Assembly: GCF_036588685.1 (NCBI RefSeq)
Contig: NC_086377.1
Span: forward strand, 11,718,001 to 11,782,000
Reading direction: 5' to 3'
Length of the DNA: 64,000 nt
From: Mytilus trossulus
Taxonomy: Eukaryota
Shown: piece after piece, positions 12,672 to 25,280 of the stretch
Layout: each line of letters opens with the position of its first letter
How positions within the stretch are numbered: the first letter of the stretch is position 1
The notes under the pieces: model-generated
The model's database searches: none
What the model was told of the DNA's origin: nothing
What the model saw: the letters and a program-made list of their open reading frames with translations, nothing else
Program-made: the position numbers and the translations under genes

Positions 12672-12900
12672 AATAAAGGCAACAGTAGTATACCGCTGTT
12701 CGAAATGCATCAATCGTTAGAGAAAAAACAAATTCGAGCTACAAACTAAAACTGAGGGAACGCATCAAATATAGAAGAACTACGACACATCAGAAACACA
12801 ACATTAAAATGTAACACACAGAGAAACGAACTATAATATAACAATGGCCATTTCCCTGCCTTGGTACAGGGTGGCTTGAACCTGGTTTTGTGGCATGCCT
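12672..12900 (+). mobile_element. Interspersed repeat family (AATAAAGGCAACAGTAGTATACCGCTGTTC end)
   Basis: Homologues at 32692-33060(+), 49680-50028(-), 60230-60400(-) and 61648-61710(+). Confidence 0.8.
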
Positions 12901-14007
12901 TCAACACATCGCTGTTTTCCATTTGTACTTTTTTAAAATTTTGATTGATAAAGTCGACACGTTTCATTGATTTCAATCATTTTGTCTTAATTTGTCTTTA
13001 TACAAAAATGTATTCTATTTTGGGAGTTAAAGTCACTGAGATTCATTTCTACAATATGTATGTATTAAGGAATCTTCTTTTTGAGATAAATTTGTCAGCC
13101 GATTTGACCATCACTTCTTTTAAAAGAGTGCATATAAGGATTCCAGTTTCAACTCAGAGTCCAGCTTTCTTACCAATTCCAACCGCAGATCCAATTTGTT
13201 TCAACTGAATTGAAATAATGAAATTCCACAAAAGTATTACACACATAGGAAGTGGGAACACTGCTACAACTTGTCAATTCAAAAAACTAAAAACGTACTT
13301 ACTTCTTCAGAGGAACAATAATGCTTCATGCACCTGATTCACTTCGATTTATGAATAGTGGAGCAGCTTGAATAAATATATTGACCGGTAATGCAACTAA
13401 TAGTGTACAGATTTACCGCTGTCTTGAACACATTTACTGGGGATACGATTTTTTTTTTTAAGAAATACAATTCTATGGAAAATGCGTTGATAGTCGTTGA
13501 TATTCAACTGTTTTTTTCTGGTTTCATTACATAGTATCAATAAATTATAGATTTAATAGGCTATCTTTTATCTACAGGGCTATTGCAATGTGAAACATTT
13601 AATTTTACACAAGGGGGAAACTGTAACTGTTGGACGACAATTGTCGCCACTTGATAAACTAAACCTGATGAGTTTCGGAAAGTCTGTTTCCTTTGTTATT
13701 CGCCTAACAAACAAATTATATCCGCCTACAGGACAACATGTTTTCCTGTGTATATAATTGTAAATTTGTTATTAATATGTTATACTTTTGGTACAATGAC
13801 CATTTAATTTTCCATAGCGGGCTCGGTTATATTACACTATAAAGACAAAATATAGAATTAAAAACAAGGAGATGCGATAATTACCTTTAATCACTGATAT
13901 TAAAGAGATAATCGTAACTGCAATTACGATTATCCCAATATAGCAACGGTAGATATAGGTAAAATCTTTACACTCGTTTTTCTTAAATGTAGCATGTTTT
14001 TGTCAAT

Positions 14008-14358
14008 TAGTTTAAACATATTTATTTATAGTGGATTGAGAAACAAGTTTTGCAACTTATATTAATCCCTTTCCACTTTGCGGGTGCGAGTGCTGCCTAG
14101 TAGCGGCATTAGCCTACTCTTTTTCGAAATCTACAAGGGTGTCTTTAACGTGCAAGAGATATGAATCTCTCTTAACACGGGTCAGCCATTTATCGTCCCC
14201 TTCCGACGGACTATCATCGTTTCCTTAAGACCATACTCGCAAATGGTGTCATGGGAGAGCCGAAAATTGAGTTCCTGAAATTTTCATCCCAAACGGGAAT
14301 CGAACCAGGAACCTTTGTGTTAGTAGTCCAATGCAGTAAACACTACACCACGGCTCTC
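14008..14358 (-). mobile_element. tRNA-derived SINE with 11-bp TSD
   Basis: Head GCCGTGGTGTAGTG (A box) ... GGTTCGATTCCC (B box) on the minus strand. TSD TTTTTGTCAAT at 13997-14007 and 14359-14369. Confidence 0.9.
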
Positions 14359-15088
14359 TTTTTGTCAATAGTTACTCAGCTGCAAGGTTTATCTGTACCA
14401 TTTCATCATATTTGAATCGTAACGGTGCACTGGAATTGTCTAAGCGCTGTGAAAATAGCCGTTGAAAAATTCGGGATGATAATCGTAACTCGGAAAACAG
14501 ATAATCGTTATTATGGTATTTAAAAATAAAAAAGATAATCGTAACTGATATTGACACTAAAAACGTATATCTGATAGCATAGTATTATGAATTTATGGCG
14601 ATGAATTATTTACGAAACGTCCCAACATATTATGAAATTTCTTTTTATGCATATATAATTAATAGTTCTTACGAAAACAGCTACATACTAGTATATCATA
14701 AAATTGGAAGGGTGAACAAGCTTCAAGAAATTTGGAAATGGGAAAACACGAACTTTGTTAATATACAGAAATTTCCAAGAACTAAGTATGCCACAAAATA
14801 TGTGAATGAGCGATGGAAATTATGATACATGACAATAATTGTCAGGCGACACGCATGTGTCACCTTACATAAGATTTCTGATTAAGACAGTAAACAAATA
14901 TTAATTTATCCTGGAGTAAATAGTAAATATAGTTAATATTGTTTAGATTCATTTATTGCAGGTGGTTATATGTGCTATTTCTGCCCCCGGGAAGCCACTG
15001 TTGATTTAATTTTAGAACATACCCTATTATGCCATAACGAAGTAGGAAAGACATTAAGTATTCGTCAAAAACCGTTTGACGAGAAATT

Positions 15089-15836
15089 GGGAGAGATCCG
15101 TTTGCGCCAAAAATGTGTCCTTTTGCGCCACAACTTTGTTTCTCAAATGCTACGTTTGCGCCACATGTTTTAAAATTAGATGGTATCATTCGCGCCAAAA
15201 ATAAAACATACGATTGCGCCAGTTAAAATAAAAATTACTTCCTTACTCCTTTATTCGGACTTGGAACCGGTAGTGTGACACGGCACATGTTTCCTTTTCT
15301 GAAACATATGTTTTTCTTACTGTTGCTGCATGGGTACTTCCCAATTTAATGTATGTAGTAGCCTTTAACATCTATTTATTGTCCAAAAACACAGACATTA
15401 AAGGATGAAATCCATAAAATAGTTAATAATAGTTCATAATAATAATAAAGGTCATACGCATGGTTGGAACAGAGCTCTGTGTCATCAATATATGTGGCTA
15501 AAACATAATGAGCAAAAACTTCTATTTTCTATACTGGTATATCTTTGTAAAGCAAAGCAATAAGTTTTATTATCTCTCTGCACATTGACTGTCTAATGCT
15601 GCTTAAGTCATTTAACTCTCTTCAGAAACTCGTCTTTATGGTGAAATATCTAATACCTTTTGAGGCAAAAATAAGAACAAATATATAGTTATCATTAATA
15701 TTAATGATAGATATGTGTACAGGTAAATTGGCGCAAATGAGTTCCGAATATTGGCGCAATTGATACATTTTGAAAATAAAATTGGGCGCAAATGATACCC
15801 CTGAAAAACAGTAATTGGCGCAAAAGGATTGCTGCC
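15089..15836. mobile_element. Non-autonomous DNA transposon with 8-bp TSD and subterminal GCGCCA repeats
   Basis: TSD GAGAAATT (15081-15088 and 15837-15844). TIR GGGAGAGATCCGTTTGCGCCA vs GGCAGCAATCCTTTTGCGCCA. Confidence 0.75.
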
Positions 15837-16658
15837 GAGAAATTAGTGGCTACAGTTTTCGTGTCACTTCGATCATTTGTCATGGATGATATCACAACTT
15901 AAAAGTTATGATGAACAAGGGATAACTTTGAAAAGTGTTTTAAAGTGTCATTTCGGAGTCTTTTATAGCTGACTATACGGTATGGGCTTTGTTCATTGTT
16001 GATGACCGTACGGTGACCTATATTTGTTAATTTCGGAGTCATATTGGTCTCTTGTGGAAAGTTGTCTCATTGGCAAACATACCACATCTTCTTATTTATA
16101 TTATCTACTTCATGACTGTCACTGAAATTTCAATATCTCAGATATAAACTATAAACAACACAAATTTAATTTTGAATTATGATAATATGACATCCTTAAA
16201 ACATTCAATGCTATATAAGACTAGAGAAAGATTGGCCCTAAATGGGATTATTTGTGTATTATGAAATTAAGTAACGTGGAGTTCATTGACAAACATGGAT
16301 TTGTGTTCTTTTATAGTTTGGCCAAAAGCCCGAAAATCAAGAAATAAAATTAATGTAGCTTTAAATTTTTTAAATACTTATTCAAAGAATGACTGCAAAG
16401 TTGATAATAAAATAACGCATATTCCGCAAAATTAGAAACAAACTTATTGAAAATTCATAAATACTCGGCATATGAAAAGTATGCTGCATACATATGCATG
16501 GAAGATATTGTAGAGAAAAATATTGAAGGTACTAAACAAGGAACATTTTTGTATTTCCATACTTGTTATATAATAAGTACTTTTCTATCAAATGAAAACA
16601 CAAATTAGCCTTACCTAATTTTCATGCATTTTTCTGAAGCACAAAATATTTGTTTTAA

Positions 16659-16932
16659 GGTGGTACCCAACACTTTCACTAAAACTAATTTGGCTCGTTT
16701 AATTTTCATAAAATTTTGTCAAAGTATTTACTTTGACCCTTTAACAAAAATATATAAAATTTCAAGAAATTTGAACCAAGAGTTTTGTCAGAAAAATTAC
16801 ACTGGTTATATAACAGTTTGACAAACACCAATTTTGATCATTGAGAAGCTTAATATTCCCTTAAGAACACAACGTCATTAAAACGTTCTGCTGATTTTAC
16901 AGAGTTATCTCCCTGTAGTGTTAGGTACCACC
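16659..16932. mobile_element. TTAA MITE (Kolobok-like termini)
   Basis: TIR GGTGGTACC(C/T)AACACT with TTAA on both sides. Confidence 0.85.
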
Positions 16933-17557
16933 TTAAAATCTATAAAAATCTTTGTAATTAAACCAGTTCCGACTGTGATGATCTACATGTTATGCCCTTT
17001 GATGTAATTTATCAATATACATATTTGTGTTTTTTTTCGTCTGTCAAATGCTTCGTAAGACTGTAGGTAAGGCTAATAAAAACAAAAAAACCAAAAGTAA
17101 CAATAAATAAAAGTAACAATAAAAAAAAGTAACAAAACACAAAAGTGACAATAAACAATAGTAACAATAAACTGGTAACTATTCTAGATCTTAAAATCAT
17201 ATTATACTAGTATAAAATAGAAAAAAGTGAATCCAAGGGAAAAATATGTACGGCTGAATTTATTGAATTTTATATATATAAGGAAAAGGGAGATATGAAC
17301 ACTAAATTCGATAATGCAGTTATAAAGTTATTGACCGAAACTTTTGTTCATTTCGCACAGAATTTTAGTATAAACGTGATATAAGAGGCAAAACATATGA
17401 CTTATGAAAATGTGGTATACGTGACTTTCATTTTGAGCAATGAATTGAAAGGATTGCAGTTTTGGAATATGGGATATAGCTAATCCATCCTTTTTCTCAT
17501 CAAATAGAGATATATAGGTAAATTTATCCTAGATAATATGAGGCAGGCATAACCTGT

Positions 17558-18007
17558 GAATGGGGACGAAGTCTGTATGTATTTTTTTTTTTACCTTGTT
17601 GAAATAAGAAACCGAAATACCGTACGTAACGTTCCCGATTATGGTTCTGTTGTTAGGGAATTAGCTGTGACGTTTTTTAAGTTATGACGTCATATTCGAT
17701 GTAAACAAAGGAAACACTTTCATCAGGTTACGTTTTTTCATATCAAACAATTATTAAAATTGAAAATGTATTGAGATCCAATCTTATATTTAACTAGACT
17801 GATAAATATAATTTGTTTTTAAAGTCTCATGCAAACAAGACAGATATCTGCGCAAATGCGGGGAAAACCGGAACAGGAAGTAGATCTGAAAAAAAAGTTA
17901 ACGGTTTTGAGTTCATTAGTACAATGAAAAAATTCGGGAAATTTTCCCGATTTTTTTTTTTTTTTTTATTGATTTTTCTACCGTAATTGGGGACTTCGTC
18001 CCCATAT
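17558..18007. mobile_element. MITE
   Basis: TIR ATGGGGACGAAGTC / GACTTCGTCCCCAT. Flanking direct repeat TAACCTGT (17550-17557 and 18008-18015). Confidence 0.65.
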
Positions 18008-19281
18008 TAACCTGTAAGTTTCTTCATTTATTTTTATATGCGTGAATGTCATCGTTTAACTGGGCATTTACAATTTTAACACACAAAATACCATTGAAAC
18101 GCTGAAAGACACATTTATTGTGTTTCAATTACTATTATCCGATAAAGAAAATTACGATTATCAAAGACGAAAAATACCATAGAGTTACGATTATCATCCC
18201 GAATTTTTCAACGGCTATTTCCACAGCGCTTAGACAGTTCCAGTGCACCTTTACGATTCAAATACGATGTTATGGTATAGATAAACCTTGCAGCTGAGTA
18301 ACTATTGACAAAAACATGCTACATTTAATAAAAACAAGTGTAAAGATTTTACATATATCTACCGTCGCCATATTGGGATAATCGTAATTGCAGTTACGAT
18401 TATCTCTTTAATACCAGTGGTTAATGTTCACCAACAGTAGGTTAATGACCGAATGAAATAGAAGTTAACAAGTCCCGTATTGCCTGTTACGATTAGCAAA
18501 ACTTATACCACATAGTGAGCTATAAAACGCCCCGAAATTAGTAGTTATGTAAACTGATGCAACTTTTCCATTTATGTTAAACATCGTTTAGTTAAAGGAA
18601 GACAAAAATCAACTGCAATAGTAATACATCGTTCGAAAATCGAAACAATTGACTATCGTAAACAATTCATAATTGAAAGTGATGTTTTTTAAAAGACTTG
18701 TGAATATAATAGTAATATTATCACATACTTTTTCGAGGGTAGTATGTAAATCTACGTAAGCCTAACATTCTATATTGACTTATGCCCGTGTAATAAAAGC
18801 CAAAATTTAAAACAAAACTTTAAGATACAGAAAAAAAAGAAGAAGTAGTATCCATCGTTAACCTAAGTTGTCAATATTGATGGGTCCGTGCTCATAAAAT
18901 CATCAGAGAAGGCGGGAAATGTTTAACACAACCAACACAGTGATAACGCTGGGACAATGATTATTGTAATACGGTTTTTGTTTACCTTTTATAATTGTTC
19001 AAAATGTTATATCACTGTCATGTTTTTATGGTTATAAGACCCCCCCCCCTTTATGATTGTAGTGTCTAGGGAATTCTTGCAATCGACGATGAGCTATAGT
19101 CAACCAATGTACCCAACCGTTTCTCGGGTACAACTTTTCCTTTTATATGATGATCTCAAGTTGTAGATTCTAGTTGCTGATTTTGTCCATCTTTTTATTT
19201 ACTTTACAGTTTATCCTATATCTATCTTTGTACTATTATGTTCCTATTGGTCGTATAACTTATGACGTTACTTGGTATTTA

Positions 19282-20198
19282 TGCATCAACAACTAGCTAG
19301 TAAATATAAGAAGATGTGGTATTAGTGCATCAACAACTAGCTAGTAAATATAAGAAGATGTGGTATTAGTGCCAATGATCTTGTAAATATAAGAAGATGT
19401 GGTATTAGTGCTAATGATCTTGTAAATATAAGAAGATGTGGTATTAGTGCTAATGATCTAGTAAATATAAGAAGATGTGGTATTAGTGCTAATGATCTTG
19501 TAAATATAAGAAGATGTGGTATTAGTGCTAATGATCTTGTAAATATAAGAAGATGTGGTATTAGTGCCAATGATCTAGTAAATATAAGAAGATGTGGTAT
19601 TAGTGCTAATGATCTTGTAAATATAAGAAGATGTGGTATTAGTGCTAATGATCTAGTAAATATAAGAAGATGTGGTATTAGTGCTAATGATCTAGTAAAT
19701 ATAAGAAGATGTGGTATTAGTGCCAATGATCTAGTAAATATAAGAAGATGTGGTATTAGTGCTAATGATCTAGTAAATATAAGAAGATGTGGTATTAGTG
19801 CTAATGATCTAGTAAATATAAGAAGATGTGGTATTAGTGCCAATGATCTTGTAAATATAAGAAGATGTGGTATTAGTGCTAATGATCTTGTAAATATAAG
19901 AAGATGTGGTATTAGTGCTAATGATCTTGTAAATATAAGAAGATGTGGTATTAGTGCCAATGATCTTGTAAATATAAGAAGATGTGGTATTAGTGCTAAT
20001 GATCTTGTAAATATAAGAAGATGTGGTATTAGTGCTAATGATCTTGTAAATATAAGAAGATGTGGTATTAGTGCCAATGATCTAGTAAATATAAGAAGAT
20101 GTGGTATTAGTGCTAATGATCTAGTAAATATAAGAAGATGTGGTATTAGTGCTAATGATCTAGTAAATATAAGAAGATGTGGTATTAGTGCTAATGAT
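19282..20198. repeat. 39-bp minisatellite (~23 copies) amplified from the end of an interspersed repeat
   Basis: Unit GTAAATATAAGAAGATGTGGTATTAGTGC(T/C)AATGATCT(A/T). It runs directly into the rest of the element (GAGACAACTCTCC...) at 20200. It accounts for the 293-aa repetitive ORF. Confidence 0.95.
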
Positions 20199-20494
20199 CG
20201 AGACAACTCTCCATCCAAGTCATAATTTATAAAAGTAAACCATTATAGGTCAAGGTATGGTTTTCAACACGGAACTGTGGCTCACACCGAACAGCAAGTT
20301 ATAAAGGACCCCCCCCCCCAAAAAAAAATAACAAGTGTAAATATATTCCAACTGGAAAACCAACGCTATAGTCAATATAAAAAAGAAGAAACGAGGAACA
20401 CTTATGAACCACATTAACAAACGACAACTATTGAACAACAGCTGTATTTTTATGACAGATATATCATGTAAAACATTACTTATCTGGAAGTTGT

Positions 20495-20837
20495 TTTAGT
20501 TTAAACATATTTATTTAAAGTGGAGTGGGAAACAAGTCATTGTTACTTATATTAATCCCTTTCCATTTTGCGCGTGCGAGTGCTGCCTTGCTCTTTTTTT
20601 CGAAATCTACAAGGGTGTCTTTACGTGCAAAATATATTGCTCTCTCTCTTAACAAGTGTCAGTCATTTAGCGTCCTCTTCCGACAGACTATCATTGTTTC
20701 CTTGAGACCATACTTGCAAATGGTGTCAAGGGAGAGCCGAAAATTAAGTCCCTGAAATTTTCATCCCGGAACGGGAATCGAACCAGGAACCTTTGTGTTA
20801 GTAGTCCGATGCACTAACCACTACACCACGGCTGTCT
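20495..20837 (-). mobile_element. Second copy of the tRNA-derived SINE
   Basis: Homologous to 14008-14358, with intact A and B boxes (TGGTGTAGTGG, GGTTCGATTCC). TSD AAGTTGT. Confidence 0.88.
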
Positions 20838-21309
20838 AAGTTGTGTTACACATTTATAAATCAAGTATCAGGGTAAGAATATCCTTATAACTGATGGTGT
20901 CTGAGGTTGTGATAACTCAGGGTTAAAAAACAGTCAATTACAAATCTGAAATATTGTCTACTGTATTATCACTTAATAATTCAATTTTAGATGTAATGCG
21001 TCTTCTGATTGGCTGACGTTATTTTGATATCAGACCATAGAATAATTAAGTCATGTGACCGTGACGTCATCAACGTTTTTTTAAGGTTTTCTACGGTTTA
21101 AAATGGAATTTAGAACTAAATTATAAGAAATGACTGTAATATTTTTTCTGTCTATTTGAAATAACATAAAAAATGTGGTGCACACTGTTAAATAACCCGC
21201 TTCGCGCGTTATTCAGTGTGCACCAAATGTTTCATGTTATTTCTTCAAAGACAGAAAAAATATTACAGTCATTTATTAAATATAATCAAATAACGTATCT
21301 TACAGTAGT

Positions 21310-22400
21310 AACAAGAGTGCACACACTGAAATGTCTCGCCTTCTTTACTAATCATTGATACTTATCTTGATAGACCTAAATATAAAGCTTTATTACAACT
21401 GTCACATAAACTCAACATTAACCAAGAAAACGAAACATTGATCAATGAAACATGAAAATGAGGTCAAGGTCAGATGAACCATGCCAGGCAGACATGTACA
21501 GCTAACAATTCTTCAATACAACAAATATAGTTGACTTATTGCTTATAAATAAAGAAAAACAGACCAGAATACAAATACTTATCACTCAGCAATGGACCGT
21601 GAAAATGAGGTCAAGGTCAAATAAAACCTGCGTAACCGACATATAGATCAGAAAATATTTCCATACACCAAATATAGTTGACCTTATGCATAAAGTATTA
21701 GAAAAATAGACCAATACTAAAAAACTTAACTTTGACCACTGAACCATGAAAATGAGGTCAAGGTCAGATGACACCTGTCAGCTAGACATGTACACCTTAC
21801 AAGCATTTCATACACCAAGTATAGTAGACCTATTGCATATAGTACATGTATAAGAAAAACAGACCAAAACACAAAAACTTAAGTATAACGACTGAACCAT
21901 GAAAATGAGGTCAAGGTCAGATGACATCTGCCAGTTGGACATGTACACCTTACAGTCCTTCCTCACACCAAATATACTAGCCCTATTGCTTATAGTATCT
22001 GAGATATGGACTTGACCACGAAAACTTAACCTTGTTCACTGATCCATGAAATGAGGTCGAGGTCAAGTGAAATTAGTCTGACAGGCATGAGGACCTTGCA
22101 AGGTACGCACATACCAAATATAGTTATCCAATTACTTATAATTTAACATTACAAAAAATCTTAACTTTTTTTTCAAGTAGTCACTGAACAATGAAAATGA
22201 GGTCAAGGACATTGGACATGTGACTGACGGAAAATTTGTAACATGAGGCATCTATATACCAAGTATGAAGCATCCAGGTATTCTACCTTCTAAAATATAA
22301 AACTTTTAAGAAGTGAGCTAACACCGCCGCCGCCGTAGCCCCTGCCGGATCACTATCCCTATCTCGAGCTTTCTGCAACAAAAGTTGCAGGCTCGTCAAA
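21310..22400. mobile_element. Helentron-associated/pearl-like non-autonomous element with ~150-bp internal tandem repeats
   Basis: Starts AACAAGAG. About 6 internal units each carry CATGAAAATGAGGTCAAGGTCA. A (GCC)n tract and a terminal hairpin CTGCAAC-AAAA-GTTGCAG precede an A-run. Confidence 0.7.
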
Positions 22401-23169
22401 ACAATGAAAGTCACATGTGCAGTAGATTATAACAAACCTACCCGAGCTCCTGAGACCACCCTGGTTTTTGTGTGGTCGTGCTGCTAAGTCTGTGTTTGTT
22501 ATGTTGTGTTCTATGTACTGCTGTTTGTCTTTTAGTCGCTTTCTGTTTTTCGCCATGACATTGTCAGTTTGTATTCAACTTGTGTGTTTGACTATTCCTA
22601 TGATATCTATCGGCTCAGATTTATTTTATGATTTTTGTGAGCGGTTTTGAAGGCCGTTTATACTTCTAGTAGGCGAATGTCTCATAACTTGGTTGTGACA
22701 GTTTGGCTATAAAATCCTTTTCCCCTTTCGTACATTATACAATTACTGTCTATTGATTAGGAAACTTACATCACATTTTCCTATATCTAAATATGTAGTT
22801 TTATTGACTTTAAAAAAATTATATTCACTGAGGCCAATGGCCGAAGTGAAAATCATATTTTCAAAAGTCAATTTAACCACATACTTACCAAAACAAAAGA
22901 CAGTAATTTTGTTGTTCTATATTCCTAGAAAAATGTATGTAATGGCATTTTTTTAAAACCGAAATCACTTGTACATCAAACGTATCTTATCAAAATAATG
23001 CACGTAAAAGCACGCTACGTTTTGCGCTATGGTTATACTTTTTTTATACTAGGTGAATATGCTTATTTATTCACAATCTCATTCATATAAAAAAAACCTA
23101 CTTAAGTTTTATCAATATGGAATAAATATGTGTTAATATTGATATCTTCGCAATATACTAACTATACTC

Positions 23170-23567
23170 GAACGTGGTGTGATACTATAACTACACATTT
23201 AACGTGGTGTGATACTATTACTACACATTTAACGTGGTGTGATACTATTACTACACATTTAACGTGGTGTGATACTATTACTACACATTTAACGTGGTGA
23301 GATACTATTACTACACATTTAACGTGGTGTGATACTATTACTACACATTTAACGTGGTGTGATACTATTACTACACATTTAACGTGGTGTGATACTATTA
23401 CTACACATTTAACGTGGTGTGATACTATTACTACACATTTAACGTGGTGTGATACTATTACTACACATTTAACGTGGTGTGATACTATTACTACACATTT
23501 AACGTGGTGTGATACTATTACTACACATTTAAAGTGGTGTGATACTATTACTACACATTTAACGTGA
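23170..23567. repeat. 30-bp minisatellite, ~13 near-identical copies
   Basis: Unit AACGTGGTGTGATACTATTACTACACATTT. It accounts for the HHVKCVVIVS ORF. Confidence 0.95.
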
Positions 23568-23784
23568 TATTTAAAGCAGCTAGGCCAGCTAACGTTCAAA
23601 AGTAAAAGTTACGTAACACTACGTAGCCGCTACGATATTGAACGCACCCCTGTTAGTAATTCATAATTCGTGTATATGTCTTATTACACAGTCGTCATCT
23701 ATTCAACGTTTTAAATAGTTGAGTCACTTGTATCATATGAATCTAGTCTTTACAAGGAAATAAGACATTTATGCAGATATATAT

Positions 23785-23790
23785 TTTATT
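23785..23790 (-). terminator. Candidate polyadenylation signal of the large secreted-protein gene
   Basis: AATAAA on the minus strand about 750 nt downstream of the stop at 24542. Confidence 0.35.
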
Positions 23791-24541
23791 ACAGAAATAT
23801 AAATAATGTTCTAGCAAAGGATCCTATCTGAAACACGAGGCGTAGATTAATATTGTACATATTCTGTTTAAAGAAGTAAAATATACACATTTCAAAATAA
23901 TATTATGAGACACCAATGCAGTCTAAAAATGGATAGAAGATGGCTAACCTATTTACAATATATCAAAGCGAGTAACTTTTCCAAATCATTGTATGGTGTC
24001 TGAATGTTTCAGCTGTATGCATTTCCTATGCCACATAATCTAGATACAGTTTTTTCAGTTCTTTAACCGACGTTTTACCCAATTATTTTCCACATTAAAA
24101 CCATATAATAAACTACGCTTGCAATGCATGAAAGAATTTACTTTTCAAAAAGCTTCTTAATTGTTTTGTGACTGACTAACAAATCGTTATTATTACATAA
24201 AGTTATCGTTGATTTGTTGAAAAATATCTCCTTTCATTAATGATTTGTTGATTTTTGCCTTTGTGAAAACATTATTTGTCTCATTTCTTCCCAATTATGA
24301 TTAATTAAGAGTTACGTAGGGAAATGTACTCATAAGTAATAGGTTTCAGAGGAATTACATTAACTTTGAAGTAATTTTACCTAAAGATTTTTCTAAAAAC
24401 AGATACGAAAATCAAAATACAATTTTCCTGAATTGCACTGATTATGTTTGTCAACGTCTATACTTTTAAGCTAGTTCATTAAGAAAGTAGAAGATTTTGT
24501 AATAAATAAGACTTGAATCTATGCTGGAATCATGCGAACAT

Positions 24542-24816
24542 TTAAGGGGAAAAACTGGTTGTGCAATGAACGAATTTGATGTTTCCCGAAGTGGAACAGG
24601 CCGTTTTGTTTACACAGTTGTTTCTTGACGTAAGCGAGTCAACCTGGGATCCTTCCATCCAGGCACAAACACATGACGTCTGACCTAGTTGGCGCGCTTG
24701 ATTGAACAGTTGTGTCGATGCAATATTGGAACCATTCAGCTTGCAAAGATTGACCGCCTTATCATAGCTGAAGTTTTCAGTAATGCTACCAGAGAAACGT
24801 ATGTTGATGAGTTTGC
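24542..24816 (-). CDS. Large secreted protein, last coding exon (Link/C-type-lectin-like module)
   Basis: Acceptor TCTTTTTCAG, phase 1. FSYDKAVNLCKLNGSNIASTQLFNQARQLGQTSCVCAWMEG resembles the Link-module pattern (F.EA...C...G..LAS..QL..A...G...C..GW). Ends in TAA. Confidence 0.85.
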
Positions 24817-25280
24817 CTGAAAAAGAGTAAATAATTTCACTCCATGTAAGCATGAGTAAAACAACTATTGTGTAATACTATGACCATCTTTTTTAATTCT
24901 GGTCGATCATTTACGGTTTTTCAATAAAACAAATATTTGAAGGGAAAGAGTTCGTTTATTATAGTTTCAACAATAAGATAAACAGGTTAACATGTTCTAT
25001 GTCATAATAAAATGATGGAATGACAAACATGACATAAAAGGTTTTAATACAAAGAAGATATGAGAAGACCACATTTGTGGCCCATTGAGCTTAAACTATC
25101 AAATAAAATTCTACAGATGTTCATTAGACATATTTGCATAAGAACTTCAAACGTGTTATATTTAGAGCAAAACAGGAAAAGAAAACCAAAATGTCCCTTT
25201 AGTGTCTTTCACCTAGTTTTCAGGGAAGACATGCTACAGAAAATATAAGGATATATCATAATACCAAAGAACAAAGGAAA

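Larger units (their letters stand above)
13891..18420. mobile_element. TTAA-flanked element with ~270-bp long TIRs (piggyBac-like), containing nested insertions
   Basis: 13891-14530 (once the SINE is removed) is the reverse complement of about 18150-18420. TTAA at 13887-13890 and 18421-18424. No transposase ORF seen. Confidence 0.7.

Noticed and set aside
14285-14358. tRNA gene (also at ~20765-20837)
   Set aside because: The A and B boxes are the heads of SINE copies with a shared body and TSDs. No complete cloverleaf is evident.
19337-20218. 293-aa ORF (RSLALIPHLLIFT)n
   Set aside because: Translation of a 39-bp minisatellite derived from a repeat end. It is open only because the unit is a stop-free multiple of 3.
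23162-23599. 145-aa ORF (HHVKCVVIVS)n
   Set aside because: Translation of a 30-bp minisatellite, with no true ATG start or splice context.
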